A stretch of DNA of 62,562 nt, filler included, from Sandaracinaceae bacterium (GCA_947483975.1; 10 parts of 10 records of this genome joined end to end with filler, not necessarily neighbours in it); one strand, 5' to 3'. Shown: positions 50,248 through 59,853, counted from the first letter of the whole stretch. Program-made: numbers and translations. Notes: generated by a model from the letters alone, not told the origin.

Positions 50248-51291
50248 ACGGTCTCGACCAGCTTCTTGCAGTGCTTCGCGGGCACGCGCGTGCTGCTCGA
50301 CGGGCGCACGGCGCTCAGCGGCACCCTCGCCGCGTTCGGCGCGGGCGACGCCGGGGGCACGACGCCGTATCAGCGCACGACGCTCGCCGCCGGCGTCGGC
50401 TGGAGCGCGTCGCACGTGCTGACGGGCGCGCCGCCGCTCGTCGTGCAGGAGGTCGACGCCGTCGCGCCGCGCTTCGCCGTCGTCATGTATGGCACCAACG
50501 ACATCGGCGCGAACAACCCCGTCGGCTACGCCGACGATATGGCCAATCTGCTCGACACGCTGACCGAGCGGGGCGTCGTGCCGATCGTGTCGAGCTTTCC
50601 GCCGCGGGACGACGACGCGGCAGCCGATGCGCGAATCCCGCTCTACAAAGCGATCCTGCGCGGCTTGGCGGAGGCGCGGCAAATCCCCTATGTCGACCTC
50701 GAGCGCGTGCTGCGCGCGCTCCCAGGGCACGGACTCGGCCCCGACAACGTGCACCCGAACCAGGCGCCGACGGGCGCGTGCGACTTCACCGCGGCGGGCC
50801 TCGGCTATGGCTACGATGTGCGGAACCTCGTGACGATCGAGGCGCTCGACCGCGCGCGCCGGGCGCTCGTCGTCGGCGAATCACCGCCCGACGCGGAGAG
50901 CCCACCGCGTATGGGAGACGGCACGAGCGCGAGTCCGTATCTGGTCGACACACTCCCGTTCACCGAGGTGCGCAATACGACGTACGCGACGGAGCGGCTG
51001 CGCGCGACGTACAGCGGTTGTTCGTCGACGGCCGACGAGTCGGGTGCGGAGTACGTCTATCGACTCACGCTCTCCGCGCCGCGACATATCGATGCGTGGG
51101 TGTTCGATCGCGGCACCGTGGACGTCGACGTTCACCTGCTCGACGCGACGGGCGCGGTGGCGGGCTGCGTCGCGCGCAACGACTCGCACGTCTCGCTCGA
51201 CCTCGCCGCGGGGACCTGGACTCTGGTGCTCGACACCTACGCCTCTGGGGGCGTCGAGCGCGCGGGCGAGTATCTGTTGGTCGTGCTGTGA
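50248..51291 (+). CDS. SGNH/GDSL hydrolase with PPC-like C-terminal domain (5' truncated)
   Basis: MYGTND, DNVHPN; C-terminal ESGAEYVY...DVDVHLL...AGTWTLVLD. Confidence 0.85.
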   Translation, partial: TVSTSFLQCFAGTRVLLDGRTALSGTLAAFGAGDAGGTTPYQRTTLAAGVGWSASHVLTGAPPLVVQEVDAVAPRFAVVMYGTNDIGANNPVGYADDMANLLDTLTERGVVPIVSSFPPRDDDAAADARIPLYKAILRGLAEARQIPYVDLERVLRALPGHGLGPDNVHPNQAPTGACDFTAAGLGYGYDVRNLVTIEALDRARRALVVGESPPDAESPPRMGDGTSASPYLVDTLPFTEVRNTTYATERLRATYSGCSSTADESGAEYVYRLTLSAPRHIDAWVFDRGTVDVDVHLLDATGAVAGCVARNDSHVSLDLAAGTWTLVLDTYASGGVERAGEYLLVVL

Positions 51292-51800
51292 GCGAGAGTC
51301 CGAGCGCTGGCGCGCTCGTCACGGGCCTGCTCTCGATCACGCCGACCAAGCGCGGGCGCTATCTCTGGGCCGCGTGGTGGACCGGCGCGCCGACGCGCAC
51401 GCCGTTCAGGAAGCCCGACGCGTCGAACGGCGGCGCGCTCTCCCTCGAGGAGGCGCGGCGTGAGGCGGAGTTGGCCGCGGGGCGCGCGCTCGTCGCCATC
51501 GACTGGCGCTGGGCGCACGGCTGGAATCGGAGCCTGCGCGGACAGCCGCCGTTCACGCAGCGCGACCTCGCGGCGCTCGACGGAGTGCCGCGCCCGGCGC
51601 GTCCGAAGGCGGCGGCGCAGGTCTCGATCTGGTCGACGCTCCGCGTCGATCGACTCGCTTCGCTCGTCGAGCTCAAGAGGGCCTTTTGGCAGCGCGCCCT
51701 CGAGACGCACCCCGATCAGGGAGGCGACGCGAGCGAGTTCCGCGCGGTGCGCGAGGCGTACGACGAGGCGGTGGCCCGGCGGAGGCGACGGGGGAAGTAG
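51288..51800 (+). CDS. J-domain-containing protein
   Basis: C-terminal LKRAFWQRALETHPDQGGDASEFRAVREAYD. Confidence 0.85.
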   Translation: MSESPSAGALVTGLLSITPTKRGRYLWAAWWTGAPTRTPFRKPDASNGGALSLEEARREAELAAGRALVAIDWRWAHGWNRSLRGQPPFTQRDLAALDGVPRPARPKAAAQVSIWSTLRVDRLASLVELKRAFWQRALETHPDQGGDASEFRAVREAYDEAVARRRRRGK

Positions 51801-51821
51801 GGTTCCGCTATGATGAGGCGC

Positions 51822-52415
51822 ATGGACGAGCCTGCGCGCGCTCTCTCCGAGACGAATTCGGCCGAGGTCGAGGCCGCGTACGCTGCGCTGCCCGAGGGCA
51901 TCGCCGCCGCGATCCTCGATGGCGAGCTGTACGTGATGACGCGACCGAGGCCTGCGCACTTGCGTACCTCGTCGTGCCTCGGCGGCGAGCTGTATGGCCC
52001 GTTCGACCGCGGTCGCGGTGGCCCTGGCGGTTGGATCATCCTCGACGAGCCCGAGCTTCACCTCGGTCGTCGCCCTGACAAGGTCGCGCCCGACCTCGCC
52101 GGCTGGCGCCGCGAGCGCTTGCCCGCGCTGCCGGACGCCGCCGCGTTCACGCTCGCGCCCGACTGGATCTGCGAGGTGCTCTCCGAGGGCACGGAGCGCC
52201 TCGACCGCATCAAGAAGGCGCGCATCTACGCGCGCGAGGGCGTCGCGCACTACTGGCTGGTGCACCCCCTCCAGCGGACGCTCGAGGTGATGCGCAACGA
52301 GGGCGGTCTCTGGGTCACGGTCGCAGGTTTCTCCGTCGAGGACGGCGACGCACTCATCCGCGCGGAGCCCTTCGACGCCATCGAGTTCGACCTGGGCGCG
52401 CTGTTCACGGCGTAG
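51822..52415 (+). CDS. Uma2-family PD-(D/E)XK endonuclease
   Basis: GPGGWIILDEPEL, APDLAGW, PDWICEVLS, YAREGVAHYWLV. Confidence 0.9.
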   Translation: MDEPARALSETNSAEVEAAYAALPEGIAAAILDGELYVMTRPRPAHLRTSSCLGGELYGPFDRGRGGPGGWIILDEPELHLGRRPDKVAPDLAGWRRERLPALPDAAAFTLAPDWICEVLSEGTERLDRIKKARIYAREGVAHYWLVHPLQRTLEVMRNEGGLWVTVAGFSVEDGDALIRAEPFDAIEFDLGALFTA

Positions 52416-52441
52416 CGGGCGTGCGTGGTACGGTCGTGCCC

Positions 52442-53014
52442 ATGTCCGAAGCGCGCGATCTACGCCGGATGACCTACGCCGAGTACCTCGCGCTCGAGGA
52501 CGCGAGCGAGACGAAGCACGAGTGGTCGAACGGCGAGGTGTACGCGATGAGCGGGGGCTCGCCCGAGCACTCGCGCCTCCAAGCGCGCATGATCGTCGCG
52601 CTCTCGCTGGCGCTCACCGGTAAGCCCTGCGCGCCGTTCACGAGCGATCTGCGCGTGTATGTCGCAGCCGCGAAGCGCTCGACCTACCCCGACGTCACCG
52701 TGATCTGCGACGCGCTCCAACACGCCGACCTCGACCCGCACGCCGCGACGAATCCGACGGTGCTCGTCGAGGTGCTCTCGCCCAACAGCGAAGCCGAAGA
52801 CCGCGGCGAGAAGTGGGCGCTCTATCAGCGCATCCCCTCGCTCGAGCACTACGTGCTCGTCTCCCAACACCGCCCGCGCGTCGAGGTCTACACCCGCACC
52901 GAGCTCGGCTGGCACTACGCCGAGAGCCTCCCGGGAGACTCGTTTCAGCTCGCTGCGCTCGGCGTGGCGATACGCGTCGATGACCTCTACGCGGGCGCGC
53001 TCGCGGCGGGGTAG
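52442..53014 (+). CDS. Uma2-family endonuclease (second subfamily)
   Basis: EYLALE...GEVYAMSG, YPDVTV, VEVLSP, DRGEK, YQRIPSLEHYVLV. Confidence 0.9.
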   Translation: MSEARDLRRMTYAEYLALEDASETKHEWSNGEVYAMSGGSPEHSRLQARMIVALSLALTGKPCAPFTSDLRVYVAAAKRSTYPDVTVICDALQHADLDPHAATNPTVLVEVLSPNSEAEDRGEKWALYQRIPSLEHYVLVSQHRPRVEVYTRTELGWHYAESLPGDSFQLAALGVAIRVDDLYAGALAAG

Positions 53015-53088
53015 AAGGCCGCCCGAAGCGGGCTCGACGGACTGCCGCGCGTTCCGCGCGAGATGCCAGTCGCGCATCGTCACGCGCG

Positions 53089-53322
53089 TCACTCGGCGGC
53101 CGATTTCGTGGGTCCAGCGCCGCGCGAGGCGTACTCGGCGGCCGACCGCGCCTCTCGGCTGACGCGCGGGGCGTACTCGGCGCTCGAGCGCGCCTCTCGA
53201 CTGACGCGCAGCGCGTACTCGGCGCTCGAGTGCGCCTCTCGACTGACACGCAGAGCGCGCTCGGCGCTCGGGTGCGCTCCGCGCGTCACTCCGCGTCGCT
53301 ACTCGGCCGCCGGGTGCGGTCC
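53089..53322. repeat. 42-bp tandem array of hairpin units (about 5.5 units)
   Basis: (g/t/c)(t/c)(a/g)ctcggc at 53089, 53131, 53173, 53215, 53257, 53299; consensus gtactcggcgctcgagcgcgcctctcgactgacgcgcagcgc. Confidence 0.9.
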
Positions 53323-53815
53323 GTCGCTCGGCGCGACCTTCTTCTTGTGCACCACCGTGCGCGTCGGCGCCAAGAACGCGTCCACCGTGGCGCGGTCCCC
53401 CGGGAAGAGCTTCAGCAGATCGCCCTCCAGGCGGTCGAGCTCCTTGTTGACGTCATCGACGTAGAGCGCCTCGGCGACGCTGTGCGGCGCCTCGGCGAGC
53501 GTCGCGTCCTTCTTCGCGCGGGATGCTGTGGCGAGCGCCTCGTTGACCGCCTCCCAGCCGGCCGCCCACGCGGCGCGGAGCGCAGCGCCGGAGTCCGCCG
53601 CGAGCAGGCGCAAGAAGGTGCGTCCCGTCTCGACCTGCCGGTCTACGCCATAGGCGTTGATCGCCGACGGCGGAGTCGCGCCATAGAAGAGCGAGTAGGG
53701 CGCGTTCTCGCGCTTGCCGCTCGCCGCGTCGAGGAGCGCGCGACCGAAGGCGGAGTCGTGTCGACCCCATCGGCCCGGAGCTCGCGTGCGCGACCGATTC
53801 ATCGACGTCGAACGA
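53299..53815 (-). pseudogene. helical hypothetical protein, 5'-truncated and frameshifted
   Basis: Coherent SAFGRALLDAASGKRENAPYSLFYG...VDAFLAP. Upstream coding signal FDVDESVAHAS / RADGVDTT lies in other frames. Confidence 0.55.
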
Positions 53816-53874
53816 CGGCGGCGCGCGGCGCGGCTCGCGTCCGACGCGGACACCTTTCCTCCTGCAAGGAGGGG

Positions 53875-53904
53875 TTGACACCAGGATGCGGCGTCGAGTA
53901 AGTC
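53875..53904 (+). promoter_or_regulatory. possible sigma70 promoter of Cys-rich lipoprotein gene
   Basis: Perfect TTGACA at 53875-53880; weak -10 (gTAAGTc) at about 53898-53904. Confidence 0.4.
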
Positions 53905-56261
53905 GGCCGACATGTTCTCAATTCGAAACGTTGTGCTTCCGCCTCGCCTCGCCTCGCCTCGCCTCGCCTCGCCTCGCCTCGCCTCGCCTCGCGTGTCTAA
54001 TGGCGGCCGCCCTGCTCTCGGCGGGTTGCACTGAGCACACGCTCGCTCCCGCGGACGCTGGTCTCGGCGAGCCCGCTGACCTCGCCGCGTCCACGGACGC
54101 TCCCGCGCCCGCGGACCTCGACGCGGGTCCGGTCGACGCCTCCCGCGCGCGTGACACGCTCCTGATCCCCGTGATCGATCCCGCCCAGACGGCCCTCCCG
54201 CTCTGTGAAGACCCGGCGATCACCGTCCACGGTCTACCCGGGCGGCCCTGCGCCGGGATGGACAACCTCTGCACGCGCGGCGTCCGCACGGCGGCGGGCT
54301 GCTGCAGCCAAGCGCCGCGTTACACGGGCACAGGCTGCGGCGTCGGCCTGGCGTGCAACGGTGGCGGCGTGTGCCAGCCGGCGACGAATCCGCCCTGGGA
54401 GTCCAACGGCACCATCGGTGACCAAGCGTGGCAGGACGTGCTCGGCGTGGGCGGCCCGTCGCTGCTCTACACCGACACGCCAGGCTTCCTCACGCTGCTC
54501 AACTCCACGTCGCTGGTGGAGGTGCATCCCGACGACGGCCTGAAGGTCGACGTGAGCGACGTGCACATCGCCCACCTGCGCGGCGCGCACCGGGAGGCGG
54601 TCGCCGTCTCCGCGCCGGCCACCGCGCGCCGCCGCGGCATCTTCCTCCGCACCGCGCCGCCCGACGCGGAGGTCTGCGTCGTACGCGGCGACTTCGACAC
54701 GATGGGCCCGGTCTCCGCCGACTGCGACTCCCCCGGCGCGACCCGCGTGCGCTGCCCGACGGGCGACGCCGACACCGTCTGCGACGTCTTCCCGCGGCAG
54801 GGCATCCGTATCATCGGCGACGACCTCGCGTTCGTGTTCGAGATAGGCACCTTCGGCCCGCAGCCGCCCGGCACCGACGTCCGCCACGCCCTCACGGTGG
54901 ACAGCCTCGACCACCGCTGGAACCCCGCCGCGCTCAGCGCACGACTCACCGCGCTCGTGGTGGCGCCGACGCTCGGCTGCTCGCCGGCGCAGTGCAGCAT
55001 TGGGCAGATCGGATACAAGACCTGCCTCGGAGTGCTCCAGAAGCGCGTCTGCACGGCCCTCGGCTGCTGGGGCGGCTGGGGATGGGTCTCGACGGTGCCA
55101 GTCGAGGTCTGCGATGGAGTCGACAACGACTGCAACGGCACCGTTGACGACGGCGGAAGCGCCGCCCTCTGCGACGACCACGTGGGTTGCACGATGGACG
55201 TCTGCGACGGCACTCCGCCCACCACGCCGATCATGTGTCGGCACAATGGGTACGCACCGCTTTGTGCATCATCTGGTTCTGCCAATGTTCAAAGCTGCAT
55301 CCTGCCGCGCTGCGTGTATCCGACGGCCGGTGGCGGCACAGGCACGGTGGGAACTTCGCTCACCTGGCCGACGGCCGGGAACACGGTCACACCGACCGCG
55401 CCCGGCCTCGACGCGAACAGCTGCTACTACTTGCAGCGCAACGACTACTGCACGAACACCTGGGATAGCTGCGATTGCAACGGCCCAGAGGTGTGCGCGC
55501 CATGGAGCAATGGGGTGGATGGGAGTGGTTGTCAGAAGATGCCTCGGATGCTCGGCGCGGCCACGGCGGGAAACCTCACCAAGTACTGGCCCTGCGAGAG
55601 GGATGGGTTGTACTGCACCGAGGCCCTCTGCTGCGAAGGCGACGTACGCTGTCGTGACCTCGAGCAACAGTATCCTGACGTCACGGCGCGAACGAACGCC
55701 TTCACCACGTGCGGCGATCGAGACGGGGGTGTGTTGGGGACGGTCAATGTAGCGACGACCAACATCGTCAGTGCTTGGACGGGCAAGGCTGTGCGTTGCA
55801 GCCGAGAGGAGGTGCTCCCGACCACTTGTGTCGACGGAAATCCGTGTACGAGCGACGCTTGCGTAGAACCGCCCGCGTCCGGCGCACTCGGCTGGGCGCG
55901 GCAATGCCCATGGTCTTCCGTGAGCGGACAAAAGCCGGGCTGCGACGCGGACCTCCCCGACGGTTGCTCGTTCCAGACCTGCACGAGGGGCGGCGGCACA
56001 TGCACGACCGACATCTATCCTAGCGGCCCACACGATGTCTGTTCGGGACTCGTCAACGAGGGATGCGGTAAGAAGGCGTGCTGGAGTGGTGCCTGCACCA
56101 CGACCAACTCAACCGTCGGCGTCACCGCGTGCAGCCTGACGAGCTCGATGACGGAGTGTGGCGTAGGCACGTGCGTGGGTAAGGTGTGCAGCCACACGAT
56201 CGACAGCACCCAATGTCCCCTGGACGACGGGCTTAGCACTACTGCGACAGCTACCGCCTGA
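53886..56261 (+). CDS. large Cys-rich myxobacterial lipoprotein (start ambiguous: 53886, 53912 or 54000)
   Basis: Lipobox SAGC, DAG linker, EVCDGVDNDCNGTVDD (MopE-related motif), CDDHVGCTMDVCD and CVDGNPCTSDAC repeats. Confidence 0.8.
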   Translation: MRRRVSRPTCSQFETLCFRLASPRLASPRLASPRLACLMAAALLSAGCTEHTLAPADAGLGEPADLAASTDAPAPADLDAGPVDASRARDTLLIPVIDPAQTALPLCEDPAITVHGLPGRPCAGMDNLCTRGVRTAAGCCSQAPRYTGTGCGVGLACNGGGVCQPATNPPWESNGTIGDQAWQDVLGVGGPSLLYTDTPGFLTLLNSTSLVEVHPDDGLKVDVSDVHIAHLRGAHREAVAVSAPATARRRGIFLRTAPPDAEVCVVRGDFDTMGPVSADCDSPGATRVRCPTGDADTVCDVFPRQGIRIIGDDLAFVFEIGTFGPQPPGTDVRHALTVDSLDHRWNPAALSARLTALVVAPTLGCSPAQCSIGQIGYKTCLGVLQKRVCTALGCWGGWGWVSTVPVEVCDGVDNDCNGTVDDGGSAALCDDHVGCTMDVCDGTPPTTPIMCRHNGYAPLCASSGSANVQSCILPRCVYPTAGGGTGTVGTSLTWPTAGNTVTPTAPGLDANSCYYLQRNDYCTNTWDSCDCNGPEVCAPWSNGVDGSGCQKMPRMLGAATAGNLTKYWPCERDGLYCTEALCCEGDVRCRDLEQQYPDVTARTNAFTTCGDRDGGVLGTVNVATTNIVSAWTGKAVRCSREEVLPTTCVDGNPCTSDACVEPPASGALGWARQCPWSSVSGQKPGCDADLPDGCSFQTCTRGGGTCTTDIYPSGPHDVCSGLVNEGCGKKACWSGACTTTNSTVGVTACSLTSSMTECGVGTCVGKVCSHTIDSTQCPLDDGLSTTATATA
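53941..53990. repeat. perfect pentanucleotide microsatellite (GCCTC)10
   Basis: Ten uninterrupted GCCTC units. Confidence 0.97.
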
Positions 56262-56381
56262 ATTTGCTCGTGAATCCAGGAATCGTCTGCGAGAAATTTC
56301 TCTTTCACACGCGAGGTGTGATCTACGTTCGGCATGCAGACCTGGAAGGACGCCGACGCGAGCCGTCGGCTGGAAGCGTAC

Positions 56382-56481
56382 NNNNNNNNNNNNNNNNNNN
56401 NNNNNNNNNNNNNNNNNNNNNNNNNTTAATTAATTAANNNNNNNNNNNNNNNNNNNNNNNNNNNNNNNNNNNNNNNNNNNN
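56382..56481. other. artificial contig linker
   Basis: N-run plus TTAATTAATTAA. Confidence 0.98.
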
Positions 56482-56705
56482 CTCGCCGCCAGCCACTCGC
56501 TCTCGGCGCGCCGCACGCCCGCGAGGTCCGCCTCCAGCTGCCCTGCGCGTTGCGCGCGCTCGACGCCCTCGCCCGTCAGGCTCTGCGAGCCGCGCGCGAT
56601 GTAGAGCAGCCCCCAGATGCCCATCCAGCCCGCCGTGCCCGTCAGGACGAAGATCACGGCCACCCACCATTGGAGCTTCTGCTTGATGCTGCGCGGTAGA
56701 ATCAT
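56482..56705 (-). CDS. chemoreceptor or sensor N-terminus (3' truncated)
   Basis: SIKQKL, TM helix, then LEADLAGVRRAESEWL (four-helix-bundle sensor-like). Confidence 0.6.
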
Positions 56706-56850
56706 GACGTTCTCCTCGAGGGCGTAGCGCCGCAGCGGGTCGACCGGGGGCGGGCGCAGCGGCCAAGTCCGCCCCGTGCGTCCGCGCGCAAGCCCTGTCG
56801 CACACAGGCTGGCCGCACCCGCCGACGCGCTCTAGAGTCCGGCCCACACG

Positions 56851-59760
56851 ATGGACCAAGACTTTGGCGTCAATCAGGCACTGGTCGAAGAGCTCTACCT
56901 CCGCTTCTGCGAGAACCCGGGCTCGGTGGACGAGTCGTGGCGCAGGTACTTCGAGGCGTTCTACGCCGAGCAGCTGCGCACGGCGGGCGGCACGCTGGTC
57001 GCTCCGATCTACGCCCCGGGCGTAGTGGGCGCCCCGGCGGAGCCCGCGCCGACGGCCCCCTCGCGCGGGGAGCCCGCGCCCGCGCAGGTCAGCCCCGGCG
57101 ACACGCTCGTCGCGCTCCTGCCCGTCTCCGCAGAGAGCGTCCCCGGCTGGTCCGGCGCCGGGATGCTCGCGGTCGCCGCGCCCGCTGGGCTGCGCGACGC
57201 CGTCGCCTTGCAGAGCCGAGTGTCCGCGCTCGTCAACGCGTACCGCGTGCGCGGGCATCTGTTCGCGAAGATCGACCCGCTCGAGCTGCTCGAGCCGCCG
57301 CCCTTCGAGCTCGATCTCGCGAAGTTCGGGCTCGCCGACATAGACCCCGAGACGGTGTTCTCGACGGGCGATCTCGCGGGTCCCTCCGAGGCGTCGCTGC
57401 GCGACATCGTCAGCCGCCTGACCTCGACGTACTGCCGCTCGATCGGCGTCGAGTACACGCACGTCGAGGATCCCGGCGAGCGCCTCTGGCTGCAGCTCCG
57501 CATGGAGTCGACGCAGAACCGCGCGCACCTCTCGCGCGACGAGCAGGTGCGCGTGCTCTCGAAGCTCACCGACGCCGAGGTGTTCGAGACGTTCATCCAC
57601 ACGAACTACGTCGGCAAGAAGCGCTTCAGCATCGAGGGCGGCGAGAGCGCGATCCCGCTGCTCGATCTGCTCGTCGAGTACAGCGGGCGCCTCGGCGTGC
57701 AGGAGATCGTCCTCGGCATGGCCCATCGCGGGCGGCTGAACGTGCTGGTCAACGTCCTCGAGAAGGACCCGCAGGACATCTTCGCGGGCTTCGACGACAA
57801 GCACCCCGAGCTGCACATGGGGCGCGGCGACGTGAAGTACCACCTCGGGTATTCGTCGGATCGCATCGTCTCTTCGGGGCAGAAGCTGCACCTGACGCTG
57901 ACGTTCAATCCGTCGCACCTCGAGTTCGTCAACGCGATCATCGAGGGGCGCGCGCGCGCCAAGCAGGATCGCCTCGGCGAGCACGAGACGCGGCGCAAGG
58001 TGCTGCCGCTGCAGATCCACGGCGACGCGGCGTTCATGGGCCAGGGCATCGTGCCCGAGGTGCTGAACCTGTCGCGCCTGCGCGGCTATCACACGGGCGG
58101 CACGATCCACGTCGTCATCAACAACCAGATCGGCTTCACGACGGCGACGGACGACGCGCGCTCCTCGCGCTACGCGACGGATATCGTGCGCATGCTGCGG
58201 TGCCCGGTGTTCCACGTGAACGGCGAGGATCCCGAGGCCGTCGTGCAGGTCGTGCGCCTCGCGACGGAGTACCGGCAGCGGTACGCGCGCGACGTCGTCA
58301 TCGACCTGCTCTGCTACCGCAAATACGGGCACAACGAGGCGGACGAGCCGCGCTTCACGATGCCGGTGATGTACGCGGCGATCGACAAGAAGCCGACCAT
58401 CCGCAAGCTCTACAGCAAGCGCCTCGTCGAGATGGGCACCATCGACGAGGCCACCGTCGAGAACATCGCGATCGACCGGAAGCGCTCGTTCGAGGACGCG
58501 CTCCGCGAGGCGCGCGACGCGAACCTCTCGCCCCAGCCGTACTCGGGCGGCGGCGTGTGGAAGGGCTATCTCGGCGGGCCGGACGCCGACGTGCCGGAGC
58601 CCGAGACGCGCATCACGAAGAAGAAGGCGCTCGAGCTGCTCGGCAAGCTCACGACGCTGCCGGACGGCTTCAAGCCGCACCCGAAGGTCGTCAGCACGGT
58701 GCTCGAGCCGCGCAAGAAGGCGTCCGACGGGCTGCCGTTTCCGTGGGCCGTCGGCGAGCACCTCGCGTTCGCGTCGCTCCTCGACGCCGGCGTGCGGATT
58801 CGCTTCACGGGGCAGGACACGCGGCGCGGCACCTTCAACACGCGGCACGCGGTCCTCTTCGACAACCGCAGCGGCAAGATGTACTCGCCGCTCGCCAACC
58901 TGCGCCCGGGGCAGGGGCGCCTCGACATCTGCGACTCGCCCCTCAGCGAGAACGGCGTGCTCGGCTTCGAGTACGGCTACTCGCTCGACTCGCCCGACGC
59001 GCTCGTGCTCTGGGAGGCGCAGTTCGGCGACTTCGTCAACGGCGCGCAGGTGATCATCGACCAGTTCATCGTCAGCGGCGAGGACAAGTGGGTGCGCTTG
59101 TCGGGGCTCGTGCTGATGCTGCCGCACGGCTTCGAGGGGCAGGGACCCGAGCACTCGTCCGCGCGGATCGAGCGCTTCCTGACGCTCGCCGCCGAGGACA
59201 ACATCCAGATCCAGAACCTGACGACGAGCGCGCAGCTCTTTCACTCGCTGCGCCGGCAGGTGCTGCGCCCCTGGCGCAAGCCGCTGATCTTGATGACGCC
59301 GAAGAGCATGCTGCGACTGCCGGAGGCGATGAGCACGCTCGACGAGGTCGTCAACGGGCGCTTTCAGCGGGTGATCGCGGACACGAGCGGCACCGAGCCG
59401 AGCGCCGTCCGCCGCGTGCTCCTCTGCTCGGGCAAGGTCTACTACGACCTCGACAAGGCGCGCCGCGAGAAGCAGGCGAGCGACGTGCACATCGTGCGGC
59501 TCGAGCAGCTCTATCCGCTCCGCGCCGAGCACCTCGCGCCGGCGCTCGCGCCTTATGCAAAGGACGTCGAGCTCGTCTGGGTGCAAGAGGAGCCCGCGAA
59601 CAGCGGCGCGTGGTATCCGCTCCACGCGCGCTCGCAGCAGCTCTTCGGGCGCTCGCTGCGCCTCGTGTCGCGCACGGAGAGCGCGAGCCCGGCGACGGGC
59701 AGCGAGGCGAGCCACAAGCTCGAGCAGGCGCAGCTCGTCGATGAGGCGTTCGCGCCCTGA
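56851..59760 (+). CDS. sucA: 2-oxoglutarate dehydrogenase E1
   Basis: AYRVRGH, KRFSIEG, GMAHRGRLN, GDVKYHLG, HGDAAF, WEAQFGDF, SPATGS. Confidence 0.97.
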   Translation: MDQDFGVNQALVEELYLRFCENPGSVDESWRRYFEAFYAEQLRTAGGTLVAPIYAPGVVGAPAEPAPTAPSRGEPAPAQVSPGDTLVALLPVSAESVPGWSGAGMLAVAAPAGLRDAVALQSRVSALVNAYRVRGHLFAKIDPLELLEPPPFELDLAKFGLADIDPETVFSTGDLAGPSEASLRDIVSRLTSTYCRSIGVEYTHVEDPGERLWLQLRMESTQNRAHLSRDEQVRVLSKLTDAEVFETFIHTNYVGKKRFSIEGGESAIPLLDLLVEYSGRLGVQEIVLGMAHRGRLNVLVNVLEKDPQDIFAGFDDKHPELHMGRGDVKYHLGYSSDRIVSSGQKLHLTLTFNPSHLEFVNAIIEGRARAKQDRLGEHETRRKVLPLQIHGDAAFMGQGIVPEVLNLSRLRGYHTGGTIHVVINNQIGFTTATDDARSSRYATDIVRMLRCPVFHVNGEDPEAVVQVVRLATEYRQRYARDVVIDLLCYRKYGHNEADEPRFTMPVMYAAIDKKPTIRKLYSKRLVEMGTIDEATVENIAIDRKRSFEDALREARDANLSPQPYSGGGVWKGYLGGPDADVPEPETRITKKKALELLGKLTTLPDGFKPHPKVVSTVLEPRKKASDGLPFPWAVGEHLAFASLLDAGVRIRFTGQDTRRGTFNTRHAVLFDNRSGKMYSPLANLRPGQGRLDICDSPLSENGVLGFEYGYSLDSPDALVLWEAQFGDFVNGAQVIIDQFIVSGEDKWVRLSGLVLMLPHGFEGQGPEHSSARIERFLTLAAEDNIQIQNLTTSAQLFHSLRRQVLRPWRKPLILMTPKSMLRLPEAMSTLDEVVNGRFQRVIADTSGTEPSAVRRVLLCSGKVYYDLDKARREKQASDVHIVRLEQLYPLRAEHLAPALAPYAKDVELVWVQEEPANSGAWYPLHARSQQLFGRSLRLVSRTESASPATGSEASHKLEQAQLVDEAFAP

Positions 59761-59803
59761 GAGCGGGATTGCGACGTAGGCAACGGCGCGGGAGGCTGCG
59801 CCG

Positions 59804-59853
59804 TGGGAGTCGGCGCGAGGCTGCGCGATGGGAGTCGGCGCGAGGCTGCGCGA
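59804..59853. repeat. 25-bp tandem duplication
   Basis: TGGGAGTCGGCGCGAGGCTGCGCGA at 59804 and 59829, with a partial copy just upstream. Confidence 0.85.

Noticed and set aside
53089..53322. Type III toxin-antitoxin RNA array
   Set aside because: Unit length is compatible, but there is no promoter-array-terminator-toxin layout; both arrays lie between convergent gene ends.
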